The translations under genes and the position numbers were made by a program. Below are positions 1 through 13,539 of a stretch of DNA of 64,000 nt, in pieces. The notes below the pieces were generated by a model. It had not been told where the DNA came from. It searched no databases and saw nothing but the letters and a program-made list of their open reading frames with translations. Position 1 is the stretch's first letter, and each line of letters opens with the position of its first letter. This DNA comes from Octopus vulgaris. Its lineage: Eukaryota. The stretch covers positions 171,430,001 through 171,494,000 of the forward strand of contig OX597814.1 of NCBI GenBank assembly GCA_951406725.2, in the 5' to 3' direction.

Positions 1-700
1 GTTGCCTTCACTTTTGACTATTTCCAGTTTAGCTTGAATTTCGAGTGGAATTTTGCTCTCTATTTTTCCTTCAGTATATTTTTGAATTCTGTTTTAATTT
101 GCTCCCCCTATTTTTTTTTAACCTTTCTCTATTGTTTTTCCTTTATTTAAACTTCTTTTTATATTTCAAAATAGTTTGCATTCAGATTGTACTTTATCAT
201 TTCCTTAAAATTACAGAGAAATTTTCTTTTTGTTTCCTTTTTATACTTTGCAGCTCCACATTGTTTACTTCTAAGTATTTTTCTAGTCTCGCTGTTGTTA
301 TTATGTAGTAGTTTTCTGTTTTTATCAAACTCTGTTCACCTCGTATCCAGAGAAAGCTTTTTTTTTGTCTTCTTAAAGTAGTTCGTTAAGCTTTTTATTT
401 CATTTAATTTCTGGATTACCATATTTAGGATGTAATTTAGAATCGAAAAGACAGCATATTTATATATATATTACTTGAGTTTAGTTTGTGATATTAATGT
501 GACTTTTCTGTAGTATTCTTTCGAAATCACTTCCGTTTCTTTGCATTGCGTTTTATCAATTCCATCTCTAAGAATTTGTATGGATGTTTGTGGACTAATT
601 TTCTGAATTCGATGTCTATGTTTAGTGTAATGTTCAAAGACTTAGCCAGCTTGCTTCTTCTTATGATAGCTTGGGCATCAAAATCATTTCTATGTCTTAA
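1..700 (-). mobile_element. Degenerate R4/Dong-like non-LTR retrotransposon fragment (RT C-terminal/thumb region)
   Basis: Minus-strand translation gives broken motifs such as 'AIIRRSKLAKS', 'ISKEYYRKVTLISQTKL' and 'IRGEQSLIKTENYYIITTARLEKYLE'. The last aligns by eye to 'RIEGGRGLIQLENYYKITTIGLQKYL' of the element at 43101. Confidence 0.7.
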
Positions 701-734
701 TTGGATTCATGTCTAAGGATTATCAAAATTGTCA

Positions 735-1070
735 AAGAATCGGTCGAGATGTCTTGCGGTATCTGTTTCGGCTGTTCACACTCTGAATTCAACTCAAGCT
801 GAGATCAACTTCGTCTTTCATTCCTCTGGGGTCACTGAAATAAAGTACCAGTCTAGTTCTAAAGTCAATGGGATGAACAAACTCATTTCTCCTTAAAACC
901 GCTGGTCTTGTTCCAAAATTAGATACCATCAAATCCTGCTAAGATCAACGGCGTCTTTCATCCTTTCAGGATGGGTAAGATATAAAATACCAGTCACATA
1001 CTAGAGATACATATAATCGACTTCCCCCCTCCTCAAAAACTGCCAGCCCTATGCCAAAATTATAAAGAAT
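735..1070 (+). mobile_element. Degenerate tandem copies of tRNA-derived SINE family D
   Basis: Contains the diverged core 'gagatcaacttcgtctttcattcctctggggtc..taaagtaccagt', matching cleaner copies at 46957 and 57271. Confidence 0.6.
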
Positions 1071-1100
1071 TATGATTATTGTTATTATTGTTATTATTAT

Positions 1101-1730
1101 CACGGTTTTGTTGAATGGTTGTTGTCACGCGTGGGACGGATTCGTCTGTCGGCCGAGTCTGTAGTAATGATTGCATCGCCGCACTCCTTCAGTCGGGCAA
1201 GCAAGACAGTTTTCCTTTGCCTGGTAGCTGTGGCGAAAGAAATTGTTCGGTGGACAAGGCTGAAAGGCATGACAGATACATTCCTCTTTGGGTGAGCTCC
1301 CATTAACTTTTCCAAGTTTCACTTGAAAAGGAAACTGAGAGTGGAAAGGAAAATGCTGTCCTCGAGTGAGTTTATTGAAAGGTGGGTGAAAGTTGCGAAA
1401 ATGGCAAGAATGTAGACCTATGAGTCGGAATGAAGGAACTGGTGAGGACACTTACTCCTGGGGTTTCAGGGAAATCTCGGTCGGTGGGATTCCTCGATTA
1501 TCCCTATAGGCATTTCTGTATCAGGAGGGCCACATCTTTATCATCCCCGCCTTTAAAACCCAATTTTTTTCTTTCTTTCTTTGCTGTGAATATGTCCCTG
1601 TTTTTACAGTGTATACGGTGTATCCTTATGTTTTTTATCATTTCATTGTTAATTGTAAACCCCAACACTTATGTCTGTCTTTGTATTGTTCTCCTCATCC
1701 TTCGCTCTTGTGGCAAATAAAGGAAAATCT
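1101..1730 (+). mobile_element. 5'-truncated Tx1/L1-clade LINE 3' end (ORF2 C-terminus + 3'UTR)
   Basis: Frame reads FVEWLLSRVGRIRLSAESVV...FLCLVAVAKEIVRWTRLKG...*...FHLKRKLRVERKMLSSSEFIERWVKVAKM*. This is a typical L1/Tx1 C-terminal pattern, followed by a pyrimidine-rich UTR, AATAAA and an (ATC)n/(ATT)n tail. Confidence 0.65.
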
Positions 1731-1755
1731 ATCATCATCATCATCATCGTCATCA

Positions 1756-1838
<83 letters not shown>

Positions 1839-1991
1839 TTATCATTATTATTATTATTATTATTAATATTAATATTAATATATTATTATTATTATTATTA
1901 TTACTATTATTATTATTATTATTGTTGTTGTTGTTGTTGTTGTTGCTGTTGTTGTTTTTGTTGCTTTTGTTATTCTTATTATTGTCGTTGA

Positions 1992-2076
<85 letters not shown>

Positions 2077-2169
2077 TTGTAGAAGTTGTGAAAGCAGAGC
2101 AGTATCAGCAGCAGTTGTAATAGTAGCTGTGAAAGTAAGAATAACGTGTGTGCATGTATGTGTTTGCGC

Positions 2170-2244
<75 letters not shown>

Positions 2245-2664
2245 AGTAAGAGAGAGAGAGAGAGAAGGAGGAGGAGACTGAACGTAGATGGAGTTGGGGA
2301 ATAAGAAATATAACGACTAAAAGAGGAAACAGAACGGTATTATTATTTAATTAAAAATATTTTACGATGTTGGCGGTGATGATTATAATGATGATGATGA
2401 TGACAACGACGATGGCGACGTTGATGACGAGTACATTGATAACGATGATGATGATGATGACAATGTCGACGCTGTTTGTGATGATAGTGATGATGTAGCA
2501 ATGTTGATGATGATGCTGTTGACGATGTTGGTGATGATGATGATGGTGATAATGATGATGATGCTAATGATGATGATTATGATGATAATGATGTTGGTGA
2601 TGATGATTATGATGTTCATGATGATAATGATGGTGATGACGATTATGATGTTCATGATGATAAT

Positions 2665-2695
<31 letters not shown>

Positions 2696-2941
2696 TTAAT
2701 GATGATGATGATCACGATGATGATGAAGATGGTGATGGTGATTATGATGTTGATGATGATGATGATGATGATGTTGATGATGATAATGATGGTGATGGTG
2801 ATTATGATATTGTTGTTGATGATGATGATGATGATGATGATGATGACAATGATGATGATGTTGATGTTAATGCGGATAATGGTGATGATGATATTGATGC
2901 TGATGATGTTAATGGTGATGATGACAATGATGATGATGGTG

Positions 2942-3002
<61 letters not shown>

Positions 3003-3039
3003 CGATGATGAGAATAGGATGATGGTGGTGAGGATGAGA

Positions 3040-3076
<37 letters not shown>

Positions 3077-3198
3077 CGACAATGATGATGATGTTGATGT
3101 TAATGCGGATAATGATGATGATGATGATGATGCTGATGATGTTAATGGTGATGATGACAATGATGAGAATAGGATGATGGTGAGGATGAGAATGATGG

Positions 3199-3273
<75 letters not shown>

Positions 3274-3556
3274 CGACGACGACGACGACGACGACGACCA
3301 ACGATGATGCAGGCAAGCATTATTATAAAGTGGGCTATGGACACCGAGGAAATGGCTTGACAGCTTAGTGACAAGATAGTATATCATTTTCTTTAAGGAT
3401 CCGCCCCCTTTCTTACAGTGTTCCCCCACCCCCCATCCAACCTGCCATAGATTAGGAAAGATTTTCAGTCTGATGGTTTGTGCCTCCTCATGGATGGATG
3501 TTTCTTGTCAGTTAGCCTTATGATGCAGCTTCTTTCTCTCCCTCTCTATTCATGTA

Positions 3557-3587
<31 letters not shown>

Positions 3588-3855
3588 GATCGTCTCACAC
3601 TCTCTATCGTTTCTCTGTATCTCATCCTTCTCACTCACTCACTCACTCACTCACTCACTCACTGGCTCACTCACTGGCTCACTCATTTCTTTCTGCTCTC
3701 CACCTTTCTTTCCATTCCTTTCACCACCACCACCCCACTCTTGCCTCGGTTTAACCTCCACCTCCTTTCCCTGACTATCCGCATTTTCACATTCGCCGAG
3801 AAGCATGGCGTAAGAACCGAGAGTTCGGCATGCTATGCTGCTGCTGCTGCTGCTG

Positions 3856-3916
<61 letters not shown>

Positions 3917-4090
3917 CACCACCACCACCACCATCACCACCATCACCACCACCACCACTACCACCACCACCACCACCACTACTACTACCACCACCACCAC
4001 CACCATTACCAGCACCACCATTACCACCACCACCACCACCACCACTACTACTACTACCGCCACCACCACCACCATCACCACCACCACCAT

Positions 4091-4136
<46 letters not shown>

Positions 4137-4379
4137 GCAGCAGCAGCAGCAACAACTACAACAGCAACAACAACAACGATGACGACGACAACAACAAAAA
4201 TAACAATAATTTCTAGCATAAGCAAACCTGCTAGAAATCTCAACCACTTCTCCCTCAAACAAAGACGCATTGATCAACGACGATCCTGATATAAAAAGAA
4301 AAACTAAAAAAAGAAACAACAAATGGATGGTAACAACCGGAATGCATTTGATCTAACTAAATTAGGGCTGAAGAACAAT

Positions 4380-4423
<44 letters not shown>

Positions 4424-4510
4424 GTGCTGCTGTTAGTTGCTGTTAGTGCTACTACTGCTGCTGCTGCAACAACAACAGCAACTACTGCTACTACTATGAC
4501 TGCTGCTGCT
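1730..4510. repeat. Compound microsatellite block: (ATT)n, (GTT)n, (GT)n, (GAT)n, (CT)n, (CTCA)n, (CTA/CCA)n
   Basis: Directly visible. The (GAT)n tract contains a higher-order internal duplication (about 2840-2945 vs 3075-3190). Confidence 0.95.
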
Positions 4511-5019
4511 GCTACTGCTTCCATTCCTTCTTGACACTGCGGTTTCTTTTCTTCACCAGAACCACTCTTGTCGTGTTAAAGGAAATTCGCGTAATCTGTT
4601 TTTGCTCAGTCTCAAGCAAGCATATGATGAAAGACATCGACATTCTCTGGCAACGAAAATTTATGTCATTATTTTTCTCAGGTATTGTATATATACACGG
4701 TTTACGTGATCTAATGAGATAATTATTCCTAAAACGGTAGGTTGTGAACTGAGAAAAATTCGGTTGCTCAGAAGACCACATAGAGTCACTTTCTACTATC
4801 AGTGTGTTTGTGCCTGGAGGGATAACACTTATGAAGTAATATAGAAAAGACTGAAAGATTTTAGATGAAGTCTTTTCTTTCCAGAGAATCCATGAAGTTC
4901 TTTCACAATTACTAGACGCATACGGTAAAAAATGGAAACCTGTAAAATTTTTGAAAAAATGTTGTTTTGTTTTTATTATTATTTCATATACGAACAATAA
5001 ATGTTGGAAAAGAGAAATT

Positions 5020-5710
5020 TCTAATATCGGGCAACAGCAAATAACCTTAGATGCCAAGGACCCTCCTAACAGTTCCTAATAACACAGTTTTCTGGAGGTT
5101 TTATTATCATCATTATTCTTATTATTCATATTCACTCAACAGATTTGACTGTTGGAAAAGAAAAGAATCCTTACATTGGGCTACAACCAGTAGCCTTAGA
5201 TGCCAAGAGCCCTCCTAATGGGTTACAGCAATTAACCTCAGATTCCAAGAACCCTTCTAAGTATTCTAACTGTCCTTAATAACACTGTTTTCTTGAGTTG
5301 TACTAAACTGGGTTTTATGCCTCTTTCCTCTATCCATCTGTTTAGATCTTTAGGGATAGTTCCCAATGCACCTATAACAACTAGGATACATTTACCCGCA
5401 CTTTTTATAGTCTCTGTAATTCAATAGCTAGGTCCTGGTATCTAGCTATTTTGTCTATACCTCTCATATTAATGTTTTCATCATATGAGATTGTAAAAGC
5501 AATTTCTATTGTCTTTATCTACTACTACCAAATCAGGCCTTCTAGCTTCTATTGCTCTGTCAATCTGAATGTTAAAGTCCCACATCTTGTATTTCTTACT
5601 TTCTAGTACTTTACTAGGTCCATGTTCATACCATTTATCAGCTTGTTCAAATCCCAGCCTTCTAGATAGCTCCCAGTGGATTGGTTTCCTTTGATTGTCG
5701 TGTCTTCTTC
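5020..5710 (-). mobile_element. R4/Dong-like LINE 3' fragment (RLE endonuclease domain) with repeated 3' ends
   Basis: Minus strand reads RRRHDNQRKPIHWELSRRLGFEQADKWYEHGPSKVLESKKYKMWDFNIQIDRAIEARRPDLVVVDK ... KTVLLRTVRILRRVLGI*. Additional 'RRALGI*' and 'LQKTVLLGTVRRVLGI*' termini follow. Confidence 0.85.
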
Positions 5711-5722
5711 TTCTTCTTCTTC

Positions 5723-5753
<31 letters not shown>

Positions 5754-5772
5754 ACTACTACTACTACTACTA

Positions 5773-5808
<36 letters not shown>

Positions 5809-5836
5809 TTCTTCTACTACTACTACTACTACTTTT

Positions 5837-5883
<47 letters not shown>

Positions 5884-5936
5884 TCTACTACTACTACTAC
5901 TACTACTACTTTTCTTCTACTACTACTACTACTTTT

Positions 5937-5969
<33 letters not shown>

Positions 5970-5971
5970 TT

Positions 5972-6026
<55 letters not shown>

Positions 6027-6102
6027 CACTACTACTACTGCTGCTGCTGCTGCTACTACTACTACTACTACTACTACTACTGCTCCTACTTCTTTTCTAC
6101 TG

Positions 6103-6147
<45 letters not shown>

Positions 6148-6169
6148 TTCTACTACTACTACTACTTTT

Positions 6170-6220
<51 letters not shown>

Positions 6221-6235
6221 TTCTTTTTCTTCTTC
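5705..6235. repeat. (TTC)n/(CTA)n compound microsatellite
   Basis: Directly visible. Confidence 0.95.
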
Positions 6236-6239
6236 TCTG

Positions 6240-6480
6240 CCAAGAATTCACAACGACCTCGAACCCACAAGAGTAAACAAGAGAGACAGAGACAGGCAGA
6301 AACAAAGAAAGAGCCTCTTGTATTTGAATACCACACAACAAATGTTCTTTTAAAAAACTCTTCTTTTAATTTTTCCAAAATATAATTATTTTCCATACTT
6401 ACAGTTGAAAAAGTCTCAATGACTGAAACCGGCACTGAAAGGCTTTTTATAAAATTATTTTAGCGTTTTCTACCTTAATT

Positions 6481-6485
<5 letters not shown>
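6240..6485 (+). mobile_element. Penelope-like element 3' terminus carrying an HHR motif
   Basis: 'KKEPLVFEYHTTNVLLKN' resembles the PLE C-terminus (NKRxELxSxCRHxxKFLLxN). It is followed by the HHR at 6398 and ends at (TA)n. Confidence 0.5.
6398..6441 (+). ncRNA. Minimal type-I hammerhead ribozyme-like motif (U3-A8 core, U16.1C)
   Basis: cttacag-TTGAAAA-agtc-tcaat-gact-GAAA-ccgg-CA-ctgaaag. Stem I pairs 6/7, stem II is 4 bp, stem III is palindromic. Confidence 0.6.
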
Positions 6486-6537
<52 letters not shown>

Positions 6538-6639
6538 TGATATTATATTATATATCAGGCCAAGCGTGCTTATTTTGCATCACTATCTCTCTCTATATAT
6601 ACACATACGCGTGTGCGCATATATATTTGAATATTAACG

Positions 6640-7200
6640 GACCAGCGTGCTGGAGAAATTACCAGGTATGTGTATTCCTTCTATGTTTCCGATGTGCAGG
6701 AGAAAAGTAGTGGGTGAACTCTGCTGACGAAGTCGTACTCGGCTTCGTTCACTAATTAAGGTGATGGAACGTCGTTTTTATATAAAACAGTCGAAAATTA
6801 GGATAATGGATAACTTAATTTGCACATTCGGGTTTTGACGGCTGATCATTTATCAAACAATATATAATTTATGCACAGCACACCAGGAATCAGTATTGCA
6901 ATGAATGTAAATAGAAATAACTATAAGAATGTAAACGTCATAAGAATTTTATAAACTCTGGAGAGAATGTGAAAATAATTCCTGTTTGGAGCAGTGGATC
7001 TCGGAGCACATAGAGCTATAAATAATACCATAGAAATATTAGACTTTGGACTTTTGTATCCAAAAAGGTTTTTCAACCCAATATCTACACGCTTTTATTC
7101 GTAGTCTAATGTGCTTCGAGAGCCACTGTTCCGAAAAAAAGAATGTAAGCATATTCGAGGAGGAAGCCAGAAGTGTTTTGTCTCAGGAGAGGTCAACAAC
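6640..7200 (-). mobile_element. Highly degenerate Penelope-like GIY-YIG C-terminal fragment
   Basis: Minus strand ends 'LFYIKTTFHHLN*', resembling the PLE 'FIxxFxPxLN' terminus. The region is flanked by dinucleotide repeats. Weak. Confidence 0.35.
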
Positions 7201-7240
7201 ATTTTGGCTTATATAGAATCCATAGAATAAACGCGTATAT

Positions 7241-7290
<50 letters not shown>

Positions 7291-7425
7291 GCACACACAC
7301 ACAGACAGACGTGTTTGTGTATATATATATATATATATATATGAGATAAAACTTACTTGGAAGAGGATGCGTGGCATTCAGTCATATAATAATATAAATA
7401 ATATATATATATATATATATAAATA

Positions 7426-7493
<68 letters not shown>

Positions 7494-7850
7494 TATATAC
7501 ATACGTATATATGCATATATATCCAGCTACAACGGAGAGAAAGAATAAAAATGAAATTTGGCCGAAGGTCACGCGGGAGCCACGTGAGCAAGAGAGGAGG
7601 CGTGAGGGAGAGAGAGAGAAATTTGGCCGATGGTGACAGAGTAATAGGATAGAATAGTGGGAGAAGAGGAGGTAAAAGAATAAGATAGAGAAAAAGAGAG
7701 AAAATGAAGGGTCGTATAAAGTGCCCATCAGAATTATTAAGATAAATCTTACTTGGAAGAGGATGCGTGGTCTTCAATCATATAGTAATATACATATATA
7801 TGCATATATAAATACGTATATGTACATAAATCTATACGTTTATATATATA

Positions 7851-9147
7851 CAGGGTGCGGTGAATAGATTGTCGCCTAAATTACGCAAAAGTGAAAACAA
7901 CACTGACATCTCATTGCTACAGATATATTTACCAAAATTACATAGAAATACCGTGAAATACTAAAGAGTAAATTTATTCAATAAAATCACCATTGGCTTC
8001 AACCACGGCCTCCAGACGACTTCGGAATTTCCTGCAACTCTTCTGGACTGTCTCCTTGTTTAAGTTGGTCAATGCTGCCATAATCCTTGCCTTCAGTTCA
8101 TCTTTGGTGTTATAAGGAGTTTTGTTGGTTCCTCGTTCAGCTGCTCCCCCAAACATAATAATAATCAAGGGAGTTGCAGTATGGGAAGTTAGGTGGCCAG
8201 ATGTTAGGGGTGATGTGGTCGTAGAAATTGTCTGACAGTCATGACTGGATTCTTCGGCTTGTGTGGCATGGTGCAGAATCCTGTTGCCAGACACAGAGTC
8301 TTCCAGCAGCCACTCTCTTCACCTAGGGCAGCGCTACTTCCTCCAGGCACTTGATGTAGGCCTCCGTGTTGAGTGTGAAGTCGTGTGCGAAGATGAATCG
8401 AAACATAACGTTGCCATCACTTCAGATCGCTCCAAACACCATGGCGCTGACTGGATGTTTGATTTTTATCACTCTCGGTACATGTTTTGCTGACACGGCA
8501 AGCTGACGATTGTTCTGCATGTTCACCATCTGATCCTGGCAGAAATTTTTCTCGTCTGAGAAAAACCAAAGTATGCTTGGATAGAGGGGATGCTTGAGTT
8601 TGTTCAAAAGCTTCGTAGTGCGGTCTTTCCTCTTGTCCTTGATGGCTTCGGATAAAAATTGGCCCTTTCCCATCTAATATGAGGAATACGGAATGTCTTC
8701 ATGCATTACCTGCCTGATAAGAAACTCAGACACTCTCATGTCCCTGGCGATGGACCTGATTGAATTGGAGGGATCGTTGTCAATCATAGATTGGGTCTCA
8801 CCAACACATTCAGGAGTTCTTTTCTTATAAGAACAATCAGAGTGAGTTTTCCGAGCTGCCGTACCATCGTAATCACAATTAGACTCATTCGTCTCTTTCC
8901 GAATCCTTTGCACTCTCCTTAGATTGACACTCAAACACTCTGAAAATTTCGTATTGGAGCTTCCGGTGTGAATACCAAGCAGTACAGCATGTCGTTTCCA
9001 AGTTTTTGGCAGAGTGAATTGTGTCATGGTGCTGTTTTTGTCACAGACGGTATCCAACTGATCCTACTATACTGTGTAGTCGACAAAATCAAAAACAAAC
9101 AATGCGCATGCGCAAAAAAAAATGGCGACAATTTACCCATCATACCT

Positions 9148-9149
<2 letters not shown>
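7851..9149 (-). mobile_element. Full-length, inactivated Tc1/mariner-superfamily DD37D (maT) transposon
   Basis: Imperfect TIRs (cagggtgcggtgaatagattgtcgcc / ggcgacaatttacccatcatacctta) within TA context. The transposase is split over ORFs 9057-8674, 8673-8422 and 8294-7974, with WFFSDEKNF, MVFGAI and WQQDSAPCH-(37 aa spacing)-NSLDYYVWG, plus stops and frameshifts. Confidence 0.9.
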
Positions 9150-9235
<86 letters not shown>

Positions 9236-9384
9236 CGTGTGTATACTCTTTACTCTTTTACTCTTTTACTTGTTTCAGCCATCCGGCTGTATATATATGT
9301 ATATACATTTATTGATAAATCTATGGATATCATAAATTTAGGGATAAAACACATTCTTTTATCATGTTAGTGTTGCTGCTGTTT

Positions 9385-9580
9385 ATTCCTAGTTCTGAGA
9401 AACCTGTAATTAAAATATTTTCGGCCGTGGCCATCCCGTCCATCGTGATTTTTTTTTATCCTGGACTACTTTGTCTAATACGCCATATTTTAAAGAAGTG
9501 GGTTTCTTATTTGAGCGAGATTTAGTTTGTTTTTGTTCCTAGCGCACCGAGCGACTGTGTTGTGGCTTTCCTGATGAGTT
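9385..9580 (-). mobile_element. Degenerate interspersed repeat (SINE-like family C); related copies at about 10350-10490 (+) and 10790-10950 (-)
   Basis: Shared motifs 'gccatcccgtc', 'atttgagNgagattt' and 'tttctagca' among the three segments. Confidence 0.5.
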
Positions 9581-12500
9581 GTGATTCATGTATAATATCC
9601 CACTCCGGTGATTATTATATCATATATATTTAATATTCATGATCTAATACGTGTATAGCATATGTTATTTATAACATGTAATACATAAAAGAGTAATGTG
9701 ATAAACATGAGAGAACACATAAATTTGTAAAATGTTACGTAGCTGGTTGATATAACGTACAAACTTAAGCAGTATCTAACATATGAATATAGTCATGCAT
9801 AATATGTTATATGCAAGATATATTACATTTTGTTTTAGATATACAAGACATAGCACATTCGTTTATAATGTGTAAGGTAATATTGTTTAACACATTCAAT
9901 AAAGAAATAAAAGTCAAAAAATAAAGAAATAATTGTTTAACACATTCATGTGTAATATTATGTAAGTATCATATTTATAATGTCATGAATAATATATGAT
10001 GTACATATATAATATTCTTTTGTAGACAATAATAAAATATCTTCTCTTAATAGAAGTTCGAATCCTGCCGAAGTCAGCTTTACAGTTTATTATTTCGGAA
10101 TCGGTAAATGAAGTACCCATCTCGCACTCTGTGTATATAATCAATTAACAACCCGCCTGCCAAATTTCCGGCGCTGTATCAATGTTAGAAAATCACATTT
10201 AAATATCTATCTCAATATCATTGACATGCAAATACATAACAAAATATATAATTTTTTTTACGAATTTTATTAGCTATTGTTTTTCGACGGACCATAGGTA
10301 GTTACCTTCAGTTCTCAATTACCCACGGTAAGAGCTTGAAAGTGGTCACTCTACTTGCTAGAAATCAACCTCGTCTTCCTCAAATCACGCTAGATAACTG
10401 GGTAGCGTGGTCATTGTATACACATTGGTTGAAAAAATATATAAAAAGGTGGGATAGTCATGGCTTCAAAATCTTTGAATATCGGTCCTAAGCAGCAACA
10501 ACAGCCGTTCAAGAATTTGGACCTGGAGATCTCCATTTCCAGCGACTTCGAGAGCCATCTCCCAGTGGTGTCGGGCGTCAACGAAGAGCCCTTGACTACA
10601 ACAAGACGACCAAAGTTTTTTTTTCCCAAGGTCTGGGGTCTCCCGCCCCTAAGCCCTAGACCATCACCTTATCACCCTTGCCCGTCTTGTTGCTTAACAA
10701 CAGAAGCAACAACAAAGACCTGCTCTCGTTGGTTTTTGTTGTTGCACAGTCCCCGGTCAATCTCGAAAGATTAGAATTATGATAAAAAAGCACTCTAACT
10801 ATGACCATCCTGTCTTTGTATGAGTATGTACAACTACATTGTCCAATGTGATTTTGTGTATGTAAGACGTTCAATGTAATGCAATAGGGGTTTAGGTGAT
10901 GTTTCTAGCATACGGAGCGTCCACATAGAAGCCTCTAGTTGGCTCGTACAATATTCACTTGCTTCATATAGGTTGATTTATAACTTAGAGAAGTGTAAAA
11001 GTGTCAAGATAAATCCAACAGAGCGATAGAGAGAGAGAGAAAGAGAGACAGAGAAAGAGGCAGGGAGAGAGAGAAAGAGGCAGGGAGAGAGAGAAAGAGA
11101 GAAAAGACAGAGAGAGAAAAGATAGAAAAGGAGAGAGAGAGAATACGTTATTGCGATATTTGACTCGCAAACTCTTGATCTGTGCACCATATATGTCTTC
11201 CTTCGCTTGTATATGAGTATTTTATGACAAAACCATCAAGCAGGCAGCTTTCACGACCGAATCTCCATCTTATTTCGCCGTTTCACAAGTATGTATCTAT
11301 CTGGTCGACTATTCTTGAATTTAATTTTGCGTTTTATACCACTTTTAGATCCTAACAAGATTACCCATAAAATTGTACTTGCGTGAGTGCATGTATTTTC
11401 TTTTACTTGCCTCGGCCATTGGTCCGTGGTCGCAGTGGAATCATCCTCAAGTGATTCAGTCAGTTATATCGACCCCGCTCTCTAAATACTTTGCCTTCCT
11501 TGTTTTATTCCGCTTTTATAGTCTACCAAAATTTTCGATAGAACTATATATGTGTATGTATGACTATTGTAATCTGTGTTCGTTTATGTGTGTTGTTCTC
11601 ACTACATATATACTCAAACACGAAGATTCCGTTATTCCATCAACTGAATTACCTGTTTCTGAATTAACGTGTAATTGACTGAACATTACACGGTTGTGTA
11701 CCCTTCACGTGGTTCTTAGGTATAATCAGCGTAAGATTGTATGACAAAGTTTTTGATTTATGGGTGCAATCCAACTGGCCGGTCGGATCCTAGACAGTTT
11801 CCGCCAACTCACAAAGTATGAGGCGATCCGAGCTTACAGAAAATGATCGCTGTGGAATCGAACCCAGGACTTCGTTGCTGCAAAACAAACTTCTTAACCA
11901 TACGGTCAACTTGCACCTACTGATTGCATATACATGCGTACAAACAGTTAACTCATCCACAACTAATACTGATCCCACATCGCGGCAGGAGGCACAAAGA
12001 AGACCAACTTCCTCTAAATCTCTTCTTCACTAAAAACTGTACAGAAAAGAAACCCTGACACATTGAGAGGCGGTGTTCCAGCATGGCCCCAGCGTCTACC
12101 TGAATCCAGCAAAATATAAATAAAATATGCGACGTACTTCTTTCAGTTTCCGTCTACCGAATTGGTGACGCAGATGCATCGTTGAATCTCAGATTGCCAT
12201 ATGTCTTAAATCTGGCAAGTAGGATGCTTCATCACTTTATCTTAGCTCACAGTACCTTTATACGATACGTTTTTTTTAAATACTTAAGTATTTGTAACGC
12301 TTACTTCGCGGAACAACCGAAATAGAGAGACACCATTGATGTTCATATTTCTTCCTTATATTTTTCGTTAGAAAGTAGCTTTCGCGCCTACAACAAACAA
12401 ATATGAACAATTCTTTTGGTTAAATTCCGTCACTGTCTCAGTTGAAAACGATGTTATTAAATCCAGCTGTCTTTTTTTAAAACCATATGTATATTTATGT

Positions 12501-13008
12501 GCATATATGTATGTATATATGAACACACATTTGCATGCATAGATTTATATACATGCGGGTCATGTATTTAGTCATACGTGTGTGTGTATTGCAAGCAAAT
12601 ATGCATGCATTCATGTATGTATTTTATACATGCCAATATGTGTGAATAGATACATCTGAAAACATCTGTGTATATGTGAGTACGTGTAGGTGTGTGCATG
12701 TAAGGGTGTGTGTCTGGTCCCTTTTATTTCGTAATTCTTTGAATGCTTCTTATAAAGAAAGGGGGTTAGTTTCTAAGAAGAATAAAAGCTGTCATTGGAA
12801 TGTAACAACAGTAACAACAGTATACTGTTAAAAACTGAATTTTACAAAAGTCTTACATATTTTCACTGTAGATTCAGTTTGTAGTATAGAAGCTTGAGCG
12901 TCTCTTTCCCCAAGCTCTCAACACCATTAACATTATCAAATCCGCCATTGCACCTTTATAATATGGGTAGAGACATTGCCGGTTTCTAAGCATATGGCCG
13001 CATGTATG

Positions 13009-13042
<34 letters not shown>

Positions 13043-13539
13043 TGTATGTATGTATGTATGTATGTATGTATGTATGTATGTATGTATGTATGTATGTGTG
13101 TGTGTGTTTGTGTGTGTATGTATGTATGTATGTATGTATGTATGTGTGTTTGTGTGTGTGTATGTATGTATGTATGTATGTATGTGTGTGTGTGTGTGTG
13201 TATGTATGTGTGTGTATATGTGTGTGTGTATGTATGTATGTATGTAAGTAATGCACATTTATAATATGGGTAGAGACAGTGTTGTATTCTAAGCATATGG
13301 CCTCGTGTATGTATATATGTATGTTAGTATGTATGTATATATGTATGCTTGTATATATGGATGTGTGTGTGTTTGTGCGTCTGTTGCATGTATGCATATG
13401 TATGTATGTATGAATGTATGTATGTGTGTATGTATGTACGTATGTATTCATGTGTTAATGTCAGCATTCTTATTAGTATGTATCTCAGTTTACTTTGTGC
13501 TTGTATGTGTGTGTATATATATATTTGTAAATATGTGAG

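Noticed and set aside
4512-5057. 181-aa minus-strand ORF
   Set aside because: It begins in a LINE 3' end and has no recognisable motifs. The + strand shows only faint, unconvincing R4-like traces.
9570-9600. CTGATGAG as a hammerhead core
   Set aside because: No downstream stem II or GAAA; it is part of a decayed repeat.
10460-10774. 104-aa ORF MASKSLNIGPKQQQQ...
   Set aside because: The ATG lies within a degenerate family C repeat, with no recognisable domain or splice support. The origin of the GC-richer interior remains unexplained.
12949-13310. About 55-bp diverged direct repeats flanking a (TATG)n tract
   Set aside because: Best explained as an old local tandem duplication followed by microsatellite expansion; no functional signal.
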